A DNA stretch of 10,883 nt from Candidatus Iainarchaeum sp. (lineage in GTDB: Archaea > Iainarchaeota > Iainarchaeia > Iainarchaeales > JAFCCJ01): NCBI GenBank assembly GCA_043816965.1, contig JBDRHK010000007.1:1-10883 (forward strand). Direction: 5' to 3'. Every line of letters starts with the position of its first letter. Within the stretch, counting starts at the first letter, position 1. Below are positions 1 to 7,871 of the stretch, piece by piece. Position numbers and translations under genes: made by a program. Below the pieces are notes generated by a model, which searched no databases, was not told where the DNA came from, and saw only the letters and a program-made list of their open reading frames with translations.

Positions 1-238
1 GTTCCGGCTGCTGGCGCTGCCATTTTTCATGCCCAACCGAAGCGCCGATTTTCCCGCCCGGTTCCTTGGGTTCACGCTTCCTTTTTGTTTTGCTTGGCGG
101 AGTGTGGGCATTCTCATACGCAAGCAGACGGCGCTTCAAACCAGTGTTCTCCTTGTGCAACGCAAGATTCTGCCGTTCCAACTGCGCAACCTTTTTCTCA
201 AGGCGCTCAACCCTGTCCAAAAGCGATTGGGAGTTCAC
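1..238 (-). CDS. IS66-family transposase, N-terminal fragment (partial; not in the ORF track)
   Basis: Manual translation from GTG at 238: MNSQSLLDRVERLEKKVAQLERQNLALHKENTGLKRRLLAYENAHTPPSKTKRKREPKEPGGKIGASVGHEKWQRQQPE. A coiled coil, then NxxxPPS, then a basic tract and GxxxGH is the typical IS66 TnpC N-terminus. Confidence 0.85.
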   Translation of the reverse strand, partial: MNSQSLLDRVERLEKKVAQLERQNLALHKENTGLKRRLLAYENAHTPPSKTKRKREPKEPGGKIGASVGHEKWQRQQPE

Positions 239-293
239 TCAAAACACGAGAAAACGTATGTAAATACTCATATTTCCATTTTTCGGTCAAATC

Positions 294-305
294 GTTAGCA
301 GATAC
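294..305 (-). repeat. IS terminal inverted repeat (IRL), GTATCTGCTAAC on the minus strand
   Basis: The + strand reads gttagcagatac, the exact reverse complement of 10486-10497. Confidence 0.9.
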
Positions 306-328
306 AAAAAAAGCATAAGCATATATAT
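306..328 (+). promoter_or_regulatory. Putative archaeal BRE/TATA promoter for the surface protein gene
   Basis: An A-rich tract is followed by ATATATAT at about 321-328, shortly upstream of the ATGs at 343 and 361. Confidence 0.35.
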
Positions 329-342
329 GATTTAATTGTTAT

Positions 343-3300
343 ATGAACTATGGGAAGTATATGAAGCACCAAAAAATTTTTTTAGTTTTGCTATTGTTTA
401 TGGCCTTGCTTGTGCTCAGCGGCTGCTATAATAATGTCCCTGTTTGCGGAAATGATATATGTGAGATAGGCGAGAATGCGGAAATCTGCCCAGTTGATTG
501 TGATTTTGAAGAAGACCCTCCCGGCAAAGAATGCTTGGTAGCAATGGACTGCGATGACAATGACAGATTCACAGATGACACATGTGAGGGCATGCCAAAA
601 ACCTGCAGAAACAGGCTAATGGCTTGTGGAGAGCTTGATGGAGTTATATGTGGATATGACTCAATTTGTGACAAGGATCTTGTGAATTCTGCTGACAGTG
701 GTAGATGTTGCCCCGGGAATTGCACATATGCGGATAAATGCTCAGCGGATTCTGATTGTGATGATAGCATAGTTTCCACTGAAGATATTTGCATAGGGGA
801 ACCAAAACAATGCATTAACCTTAACATAGAGGACTGCAGAACAGGGGATTCATACTGCCCGCCCAGCTGCAGCTATGGGAATGACAGTGACTGCCCAACA
901 GAGGACCAGTGCAATTATGATTCTGAATGCAATGATTATGATAATTCTACCAGAGATGCCTGTGTTGGAAACCCGAAAAGATGTATAAACACACTTAAAA
1001 CATGCGCCGAAAGGGAGGGTGATATCTGCACTGTTGATGAAAAATGCCTAGAATATTTTATGAGTTCTTTTGACAGCCAAAGGTGCTGTGCAGGCACATG
1101 CATCCTCGAATGCCTTAATGACAGTGAGTGCAATGACCAAAACCCCTCAACAAGAGACAGTTGTGAGGGCAACCCAAAAAGATGCTTCAACGAGACTATA
1201 ACTGAATGCAACAGCAATGATGATTTTTGCCCAAGCGGGTGCAGCTCCGAAAATGACAATGACTGCCCTGAGGGCTGTGATGGTGATGAATGCAATTATT
1301 GCCATAATTACTGCCAGGGAATTCTGGGAGATATTGATGGGGACGGGGTTATAACTGAGGAAGATTACCAACTCGCAATCGACATGTCTCTGGAAATAAT
1401 CGACCCCAATCCATGCGCAGACATTTCCCAGGACTGTGAAATAAATGTCATAGATGTACAGCAGATTGCAAACCTTGTCATAACCCAATCATATTGCTCT
1501 GATTTCAACACCATGTTCCTCGATTCCTGGCAAAAAAGCTGCGGGGATGCATCTTTCGATCCCAGGGCAGATGTTTCAAGCCCAGATGGAACTTCTGATG
1601 GAACTGTCGATGTTTGGGACTTTATGGTTTTCACAGACAATCACAACAATGAGCAATGGTGCGAACAGGCTTTGAATTCAACTAACAACATCTGTGGTCT
1701 CTGCCACACAAACTGCACAGGAAGGTTGGGGGATGTAACTGGCGATGGAATTATCACCCAGCAGGATGTTGACTGGATACAGGAGATGGCTGTTGATTTG
1801 AGGGAAAGGCAGGCATGTGCTGATTTAACAATGGACTGCGAGGTAAACACTGGAGACGCAATCCTGGCACTGCAGGCAATCCAGCGTTATGATTCAGCAA
1901 GTTGCACCAATACATCAATGAAGGGCGATTTAAACGAGGACGGACAAGTTACTGAAAGGGATGCCGCCACAATTCTGGCCATTGCTGTTGGCCTGGTTGC
2001 GGCGCCCTCAAACATCTGCTGTGCAGACATTAACGATGATGGCATGATTAATGCAGGCGATGGAATCCTTGCCCTACAGACAGTTGCTGGGACTAGGGCA
2101 ATTGAGTACTGTGCCACTTCCTCTTTTGAAGGAACTTACAAAGAAGGCGAAATCATTGCACATCTTGATGGTAAGTGCAATTATAATTTGGAGAAATTAA
2201 GTGTTAAACTTGATGCAATATCCCAATCAGGCCCGAATCAACCCTACAATGCTACCCTTTCCCTATATTCTTCCAATGGAACCAAAATCGACACCCAAAC
2301 TATCTCGGCAGGAGCAGACCTAAGCGAAATATTTGTAGACAATTATGGTGATTATCCACTCTTTTCAAGGGTAAGAGTAAGCACTATTACTGTCGGAGCA
2401 ACAACAGGAATCGGCGCTATAGAAGTTTTGGACTATGGAGATAATACAACTACGTGTAGCGCACCACCTCAACCAGATACCCAAACTTACAACGAAGGAG
2501 AAAGCATCACAAATCTTGATGGCATGTGCAACTATAATGGAGAATCACTCAAGGTGGTTGTTGAAGGAATACTGGATACAGGCAGCGGAGTCTACTCCGC
2601 AAGGTTTGCACTCTACCAGTCAGATGGAACCAAAATCGACACCCAAACTGTTTCCACTGGCACAGACCTAAGTCAGGTATTTATCGACAGCAGCGGTAAT
2701 TATACGCTCAAATCTAGAATCACAGTAGACACTATTGCAGTCAATGCAACAACCGTAACCGGCTATGTTGAAGTAACAGACAACGGCGACAGCACAGCCT
2801 CATGTGACGCTTCCCCACAACCGCAAATCCAAGTTTATTACGAAGGCGAAACCATTGCACAGCTTGATGGAATCTGTACTTATGAGGGGCAGAAGGTAAG
2901 CCTTAAACTTGATGGGATAACATCCTCAGGCCCAAACAACCCATATAGTGCAACCCTATCTTTGTACTCTGATACTGGGATTAAAATTGACACAAGATCA
3001 GTTGGCTCAGGAACTGACCTAAGTTTGGAATTTTATGATAATATTGGCGATCCGGCATTGAAATCAATAATTGTGGTTCAGTCAATAGGGGTTGGAGCAA
3101 CAACTGCTTTAGGATTTATTGAAGTAACCGATGAAGGGGACAGCCAATTAGGATGTTCAATTCCCTTGAATGACACAACAATTAAAATTGGAAGGGATGT
3201 TGAGGGTCTTGATTATATTGCAGAAGCAGGAGGCATTTCCTTCAGGGGGGCAGATGACACCCAGCACAACATACCTTTTTACCTCAAACCGACAAACAAT

Positions 3301-4281
3301 GGCTTTACCGGAGGAGCATTCCTTTTTGATGGCAGAACAATCTGGTATAAAATTGATGACGGAAGCTCATACATGAGCGACCTTAATATTACTCTACGGC
3401 CTGGCGATTATCTCAACGAAAACCTGATTTTGTATATCACATACACTGCCCCCAGCAATACAACAGTAACCAGTGGAATTGGCAGCCACAACATAGGCGC
3501 CAATAACACCATCACTATTGATGGAATCTCGTACATAGTTACTGGCGGAATATCGAATGGAAATAATGGCACAGTTTATTTGACGGCGGAGGGATATCTT
3601 GAATTAAGAATGTCCAACAGCACTGGAACTGTAATTTACAATCGGCAGGGAGATACATCTGATGAGTCATACGGAAAATTATACTTCAACCAGAATGAAG
3701 TTGTGGATTTAAGTTCAAACAGGAATATAGGCCTCAGGGGAAATGGCGATAGGAGATTCTATTATGCTTTCAAGTATGCGGGTGATTACAATGCAGCAGC
3801 TCAAGTTTACCTAATGCTGGATGCCGATAAAATGGGTGCAGATGAATCCAATCTTATCCAATATGGCAAAACTTTGGAATTCATGGGAACTGCAGTACCA
3901 AAACATGGAAACATCGGGGGCGAAAGCGAATACATTACACATACTAGCTTCATTCCAAAGGATTGGGATTTCAACACATCAAATATTTACACCGACCCTG
4001 CAGCATATTTCGTTGCGCAAGTAAAGGTTTCTGACCCTCAGGCTAACGGCGATATTACTGCATACATCAACACAGATGATGGAACTCTGCTTGGGCCATT
4101 CCCTAATTCAAATCTGTCTTACTACTATGGGGACCTTATATTCGATGGTGACCCATATTTCAGATTGCTAAGTGGTTCATTCAGTGGGTTCGCACAGGAA
4201 GCTGACACCTATTGGGGCGCTCACCTGAGGATTTACCCTGAAGAAAATGCAGCAATGGCTGAAATAATACTGCCTGAATGA
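343..4281 (+). CDS. Large modular cell-surface lipoprotein (Cys-rich repeats, dockerin-like Ca-binding modules, S-layer-like repeats); true start may be ATG 361
   Basis: 1312-aa ORF with signal peptide and lipobox (MKHQKIFLVLLLFMALLVLSG-C). It contains a CGNxICExGExxxxCPxDC motif, CxxDxD/ECD/NDxxxxTxDxC repeats, GDxxGDGxI/V...ADxxxDxxIN pairs, three ~116-aa repeats and an acidic Gly/Thr/Asn/Ser-rich C-terminus. Confidence 0.9.
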   Translation: MNYGKYMKHQKIFLVLLLFMALLVLSGCYNNVPVCGNDICEIGENAEICPVDCDFEEDPPGKECLVAMDCDDNDRFTDDTCEGMPKTCRNRLMACGELDGVICGYDSICDKDLVNSADSGRCCPGNCTYADKCSADSDCDDSIVSTEDICIGEPKQCINLNIEDCRTGDSYCPPSCSYGNDSDCPTEDQCNYDSECNDYDNSTRDACVGNPKRCINTLKTCAEREGDICTVDEKCLEYFMSSFDSQRCCAGTCILECLNDSECNDQNPSTRDSCEGNPKRCFNETITECNSNDDFCPSGCSSENDNDCPEGCDGDECNYCHNYCQGILGDIDGDGVITEEDYQLAIDMSLEIIDPNPCADISQDCEINVIDVQQIANLVITQSYCSDFNTMFLDSWQKSCGDASFDPRADVSSPDGTSDGTVDVWDFMVFTDNHNNEQWCEQALNSTNNICGLCHTNCTGRLGDVTGDGIITQQDVDWIQEMAVDLRERQACADLTMDCEVNTGDAILALQAIQRYDSASCTNTSMKGDLNEDGQVTERDAATILAIAVGLVAAPSNICCADINDDGMINAGDGILALQTVAGTRAIEYCATSSFEGTYKEGEIIAHLDGKCNYNLEKLSVKLDAISQSGPNQPYNATLSLYSSNGTKIDTQTISAGADLSEIFVDNYGDYPLFSRVRVSTITVGATTGIGAIEVLDYGDNTTTCSAPPQPDTQTYNEGESITNLDGMCNYNGESLKVVVEGILDTGSGVYSARFALYQSDGTKIDTQTVSTGTDLSQVFIDSSGNYTLKSRITVDTIAVNATTVTGYVEVTDNGDSTASCDASPQPQIQVYYEGETIAQLDGICTYEGQKVSLKLDGITSSGPNNPYSATLSLYSDTGIKIDTRSVGSGTDLSLEFYDNIGDPALKSIIVVQSIGVGATTALGFIEVTDEGDSQLGCSIPLNDTTIKIGRDVEGLDYIAEAGGISFRGADDTQHNIPFYLKPTNNGFTGGAFLFDGRTIWYKIDDGSSYMSDLNITLRPGDYLNENLILYITYTAPSNTTVTSGIGSHNIGANNTITIDGISYIVTGGISNGNNGTVYLTAEGYLELRMSNSTGTVIYNRQGDTSDESYGKLYFNQNEVVDLSSNRNIGLRGNGDRRFYYAFKYAGDYNAAAQVYLMLDADKMGADESNLIQYGKTLEFMGTAVPKHGNIGGESEYITHTSFIPKDWDFNTSNIYTDPAAYFVAQVKVSDPQANGDITAYINTDDGTLLGPFPNSNLSYYYGDLIFDGDPYFRLLSGSFSGFAQEADTYWGAHLRIYPEENAAMAEIILPE
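532..1269 (+). repeat. Intragenic Cys-rich tandem duplication (two units of about 120-126 aa, each with two CxxDxxCxDxxxxTxDxCxGxPKxC modules)
   Basis: Units start at 532 (CLVAMDCDDNDRFTDDTCEGMPKTC) and 910 (CNYDSECNDYDNSTRDACVGNPKRC), 378 nt apart. Both contain RCCxGxC and end in CPxxCSxxNDxDCP. Confidence 0.85.
1327..2085 (+). other. Dockerin type I-like domain cluster (three complete pairs plus one half-module)
   Basis: GDIDGDGVITEEDY..ADISQDCEINVID; GDVTGDGIITQQDV..ADLTMDCEVNTGD; GDLNEDGQVTERDA..ADINDDGMINAGD; single module ADVSSPDGTSDGTVDVWDF. Confidence 0.75.
2134..3159 (+). repeat. Three tandem ~116-aa intragenic repeats (S-layer-like beta domain)
   Basis: Each unit reads YxEGExIxxLDGxCxY...LYxxxGxKIDTxxI/VxxGxDLSxxFxDxxGxxxL...IxVxATTxxGxI/VEVxDxGD...C. 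Units start near 2134, 2485 and 2833, and a 26-nt identical block occurs at 2276-2301 and 2624-2649. Confidence 0.9.
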
Positions 4282-4286
4282 GATTG

Positions 4287-4308
4287 AATTGATGGCAAAT
4301 TGATGGCA
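4287..4308. repeat. Perfect 11-bp tandem repeat (AATTGATGGCA)2 in the intergenic region upstream of aspS
   Basis: Read directly at 4287-4297 and 4298-4308. Confidence 0.85.
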
Positions 4309-4319
4309 ATCGGTTATCC

Positions 4320-4326
4320 TTTAAAA
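4320..4326 (+). promoter_or_regulatory. Putative TATA box of the aspS-gatC-gatA operon
   Basis: TTTAAAA ends 32 nt upstream of the aspS ATG, compatible with an archaeal promoter and a short leader. Confidence 0.4.
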
Positions 4327-4357
4327 CAATTGTCCACATTCTTCTAAAGGTATTGAT

Positions 4358-6136
4358 ATGGAGAGAACCCACAATTGCGGCGAATTGACCGGCAAAAACA
4401 CGGGAAAAGAGGCCATTCTCAATGGCTGGGTCTCAAACAGGAGAGACCATGGCGGGCTGATTTTCATTGATTTAAGGGACAGGTATGGGATTACCCAAAT
4501 CACATTTAACCCTGAAGTTTCAAAAGAATTGCATGAAAAGGCAGAGAAATTGCGTTCTGAGTTTGTTGTTGCAGTTAAGGGGAAAGTTAGCAAAAGGCCT
4601 AAAGGAACTGAAAACAAGAAAATTCCTACAGGGGAAATAGAGATCGTCGCAAAGGAACTGGAAATCATCTCCGAGGCAGAAACCCCTCCATTGGAGGTTG
4701 ATGAGCACATTAACGCAAATGAGGATTCAAGGCTGAAATGGAGATATTTGGACCTGCGAAGGCCATCAATGCAGAAGAATATTATTCTCCGCCACAAAAT
4801 GGTGAAGGCGGTAAGGGACTATTATGATTCAAGGGGATTTTTGGAAATTGAAACACCAATTCTTGCAAAATCAACGCCTGAGGGGGCAAGGGATTATCTC
4901 GTGCCTTCCAGAGTAAACCCAGGCAAATTCTTCGCCCTTCCCCAATCACCGCAGATTTTCAAGCAATTACTCATGGTCAGTGGTTTTGACAGATATATGC
5001 AGATTGTGAAATGCTTTCGCGATGAGGACCTAAGGGCGGATCGGCAGCCGGAATTCACACAGATAGATGTTGAGATGAGTTTTGTTGATGAAGAGGACAT
5101 TTACAAGGAACATGAGGGTCTAATGAAATATGTTTTTGAAAAGGTCTTCAAAATAAAACTTAAAACCCCTTTCCCGAGAATGAGCTGGCAAGAGGCGATG
5201 GACAAATATGGGATAGATAAACCTGACACAAGGTTTGGGATGGAAATTTTTAATTTGGATGATGAGGCAAAGGAAAGCGATTTCAATGTTTTCAAGGATG
5301 TTGTTGCAAAAGGGGGAAAAGTGAGAGGGATTTCAGTTCCCGAGGGAGGGGAATTCTCAAAAAAGGAACTGGAAGAATTAACCGAATTTGTAAAAGTGTA
5401 TAAGGCAAAAGGTTTAGCATGGATGAAGGTTGCAAAAGACGGAAAAGCGGAGGGAGGAATCTCAAAATTCTTTTCCGAGAAATTAATTAAAGATATTCTG
5501 AAAAAAATGGGTGCAAAGGAAAATGATTTATTGTTGTTTGTTGCCGATGACTGGAAAATTGTCTGCGACGCGCTTGGAAACCTCCGAAACCACCTCGCAA
5601 AAAAACTGAACCTTATTGACCAGAAAAAATACAATTTCCTCTGGGTTGTTGATTTTCCTATGTTTGAGTGGGATGAAGAGGACCAAAGGCCTAAGGCAAT
5701 GCACCATCCCTTCACTTCCCCGAGAAAGGAGGATTTGGAACTGCTGGAAAGTGAGCCCCTGAAAGTGAGAAGCAATGCGTATGATCTCACTTTGAACGGT
5801 GTTGAGCTGGGAGGGGGAAGCATCAGAATCCACAAAAAGGATTTGCAGAAGCGGGTATTCAAGGCAATGGGAATTTCTGATGAGGAGGCGGAAAACAAAT
5901 TCGGTTTTATGATGAATGCATTCCGGTATGGGGCCCCACCACACGGGGGAATCGCGTTCGGAATGGACAGGTTTGTTATGATAATGGCTGGCGCAGAGTC
6001 GATAAGGGATGTAATCGCATTCCCAAAGAACAAGGCCGCAGTTTCATTGATGGATGAATCCCCTAGTGAAGTGAATGAGAAACAATTGAAAGAGCTGCGC
6101 ATAAAACTGGATATTGAAAAGCCAGCCAAAGAATAG
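4358..6136 (+). CDS. aspS: Aspartate--tRNA ligase, bacterial-type, probably non-discriminating (Asp/Asn)
   Basis: 592 aa with OB-fold RRDHGGLIFIDLRD, motif 1 region STPEGARDYLVPSR, LPQSPQ, motif 2 FRDEDLRADRQPEFTQID, GAD insertion, HHPFT, ELGGGSIRIH and motif 3 GAPPHGGIAFGMDR. Confidence 0.98.
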   Translation: MERTHNCGELTGKNTGKEAILNGWVSNRRDHGGLIFIDLRDRYGITQITFNPEVSKELHEKAEKLRSEFVVAVKGKVSKRPKGTENKKIPTGEIEIVAKELEIISEAETPPLEVDEHINANEDSRLKWRYLDLRRPSMQKNIILRHKMVKAVRDYYDSRGFLEIETPILAKSTPEGARDYLVPSRVNPGKFFALPQSPQIFKQLLMVSGFDRYMQIVKCFRDEDLRADRQPEFTQIDVEMSFVDEEDIYKEHEGLMKYVFEKVFKIKLKTPFPRMSWQEAMDKYGIDKPDTRFGMEIFNLDDEAKESDFNVFKDVVAKGGKVRGISVPEGGEFSKKELEELTEFVKVYKAKGLAWMKVAKDGKAEGGISKFFSEKLIKDILKKMGAKENDLLLFVADDWKIVCDALGNLRNHLAKKLNLIDQKKYNFLWVVDFPMFEWDEEDQRPKAMHHPFTSPRKEDLELLESEPLKVRSNAYDLTLNGVELGGGSIRIHKKDLQKRVFKAMGISDEEAENKFGFMMNAFRYGAPPHGGIAFGMDRFVMIMAGAESIRDVIAFPKNKAAVSLMDESPSEVNEKQLKELRIKLDIEKPAKE

Positions 6137-6146
6137 TTGTGGTTTT

Positions 6147-6437
6147 ATGAATGTAAATGTTGATAAGGAACTGCTTTTAAGGGTCGCCAAAAATGCTAGG
6201 CTTGAGCTTACTGATAAAGAGATAAAGAAATTCCTTCCTGAACTGAAAGAAATTCTGGAATCATTTTCAAAGCTTGATGAGGTGGATGTTTCCAAGGAGA
6301 AACCTTCCTTCCAGCCCATTGAACTCAAAAATGTGATGCGCGAGGATAAAGTGGAGAAGTGCCTAACCCAGGAGGAGGCGCTTTCACTCACCCAGCACAA
6401 AAAGGACGGCTACTTTAAGGGCCCGAAGGTGGTGTGA
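6147..6437 (+). CDS. gatC: Asp-tRNA(Asn)/Glu-tRNA(Gln) amidotransferase subunit C
   Basis: Start revised to ATG 6147 (96 aa). Motifs VAKNARLELTDKE, LDEVDV, NVMREDKV and DGYFKGPKVV; directly upstream of gatA. Confidence 0.93.
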   Translation: MNVNVDKELLLRVAKNARLELTDKEIKKFLPELKEILESFSKLDEVDVSKEKPSFQPIELKNVMREDKVEKCLTQEEALSLTQHKKDGYFKGPKVV

Positions 6438-7871
6438 GTGAGGCTAAAAGATTTCGTGCAGGAAGTGAGGAATGGAAATATTTCTGTTGAGGAGCACACA
6501 AACAAAATTCTCCTTGAGGCCGAAAAATCCAACAGTCAATTTCATCATTTCAACGTAATTTCAAAAGAACTTGCCCTTTCCCAGGCGAAAGAACTGGACA
6601 AAAAAATTAAGAAGAAAGAGGCAAATGGAAAATTGTTGGGTGTAGCGCTCTCCCTGAAAGACGCAATCTGCGTTAAGGGAGTTGAGACAAGGGCTGGCTC
6701 GAAAATCCTTTCTTCCTATCACCCTCTCTATGATGCAACTGTTACTGAAAGGTCAGTGGGTGAAGGGGCAGTTGTAATTGGAAAAACCGCGCAGGATGAA
6801 TTTGGCTTTGGCTCATTTGCAGTTAATGTCGGGGTTGGAATGGAAATTCCGAAAAACCCCCATGATGATGAAAGGGCATGCGGCGGAAGCAGCGGGGGAA
6901 GCGGAGGATTTACTGCACTCACTGACAATATCCATGTTTCTTTAGGTGAAAGTACAGGGGGAAGTATTGCTGCACCTGCATCCTTTTGCGGGGTTGCCGG
7001 CTTATGCCCGACATATGGGCGGGTTTCCCGTTATGGTTTGCTGGATTATGCCTGCTCACTAGATAAGATAGGCCCTATGGGGAAAAGTGTAGAGGATATT
7101 GCTCTGCTTTTAGAGGCAATTTCTGGTCTGGATAAGAGGGAATCCACGACTCTCCCAAAACCCCCAGATAAATACTCAGATTCCGTTGGAAAAGGCGTAA
7201 AAGGGCTCAAAATAGGCATAATAAAGGAATTTTTTGGTGAAGGAACTGATAATGAAGTAGATAAAGTAGTGTTAAATGCCATTTCTGAGCTTGAAAAGGA
7301 GGGTGTGAAAACAAAAGAAATCTCACTCCCTCTGAACAGCAAATATGCAGTCCCTGCATATTACCTAATTTCCACATCCGAGGCGTCGACAAATCTGGCC
7401 AAGTACTGCGGAATGCGCTATGGGGCTGAGGAAAAATTAGAGGGAACATTTGACCAATACTTCACCAAGGTGAGAAGCAGCAATTTCGGCGAGGAGGCAA
7501 AGAGAAGGATAATTCTCGGAACCTTTGCAAGGATGTCTGGATTCAGGGATGCATATTACCTTCGCGCAATGAAAATCCGCACTCTTTTGATTAATGAATA
7601 CAAAAAACTGTTTAGGGAATTTGATGCCTTGGTCTCCCCAACAATGCCATACATTGCTCCAAAATTTAAAGAGATTGAAAAGCTAACTCCCTTGCAGCAC
7701 TATATGTCCGACCTCATGACAATTCCCCCAAATCTTGCAGGAATGCCGCATATTTCGGTCAATGCAGGTTCATCAAAAGGAATGCCTGTAGGAATTCTTT
7801 TCACCGCAGACCATCTGCAGGAATCAAAACTGCTTCAGTTAGGGAGTGCAGTGGAGAAGGTGAGCAAATGA
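6438..7871 (+). CDS. gatA: Asp-tRNA(Asn)/Glu-tRNA(Gln) amidotransferase subunit A
   Basis: Amidase signature: catalytic K in LKDAI, GGSSGGS, TGGSI, PTYGRVSRYGL, SLDKIGP, EASTNLAKY, EAKRRIILG and D..T.P.NLAG. The GTG start abuts the gatC stop. Confidence 0.96.
   Translation: MRLKDFVQEVRNGNISVEEHTNKILLEAEKSNSQFHHFNVISKELALSQAKELDKKIKKKEANGKLLGVALSLKDAICVKGVETRAGSKILSSYHPLYDATVTERSVGEGAVVIGKTAQDEFGFGSFAVNVGVGMEIPKNPHDDERACGGSSGGSGGFTALTDNIHVSLGESTGGSIAAPASFCGVAGLCPTYGRVSRYGLLDYACSLDKIGPMGKSVEDIALLLEAISGLDKRESTTLPKPPDKYSDSVGKGVKGLKIGIIKEFFGEGTDNEVDKVVLNAISELEKEGVKTKEISLPLNSKYAVPAYYLISTSEASTNLAKYCGMRYGAEEKLEGTFDQYFTKVRSSNFGEEAKRRIILGTFARMSGFRDAYYLRAMKIRTLLINEYKKLFREFDALVSPTMPYIAPKFKEIEKLTPLQHYMSDLMTIPPNLAGMPHISVNAGSSKGMPVGILFTADHLQESKLLQLGSAVEKVSK

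Larger units (their letters stand above)
1..305 (-). mobile_element. IS66-family insertion sequence (single-ORF, ISBst12-like organisation), left end; runs off the window
   Basis: The minus strand begins GTATCTGCTAAC at 305, the inverted copy of the terminus at 10486-10497. A transposase N-terminus starts 67 bp inside, and its coding part is more GC-rich than the flank. Confidence 0.88.

Noticed and set aside
29..318. Three + strand ORFs (29-298, 66-263, 85-318)
   Set aside because: Antisense shadows of the minus-strand transposase N-terminus.
426..4372. Short alternative-frame and antisense ORFs within the surface protein gene
   Set aside because: They overlap a long gene with coherent domains and show no motifs of their own.
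6114..6146. Track start of gatC at 6114
   Set aside because: A TTG overlapping aspS; GatC-like sequence begins at ATG 6147.
4321..7449. Minus-strand ORFs including 5101-6129 (342 aa)
   Set aside because: Ser/Phe-rich mirror frames of the Lys/Glu-rich aspS, gatC and gatA genes.
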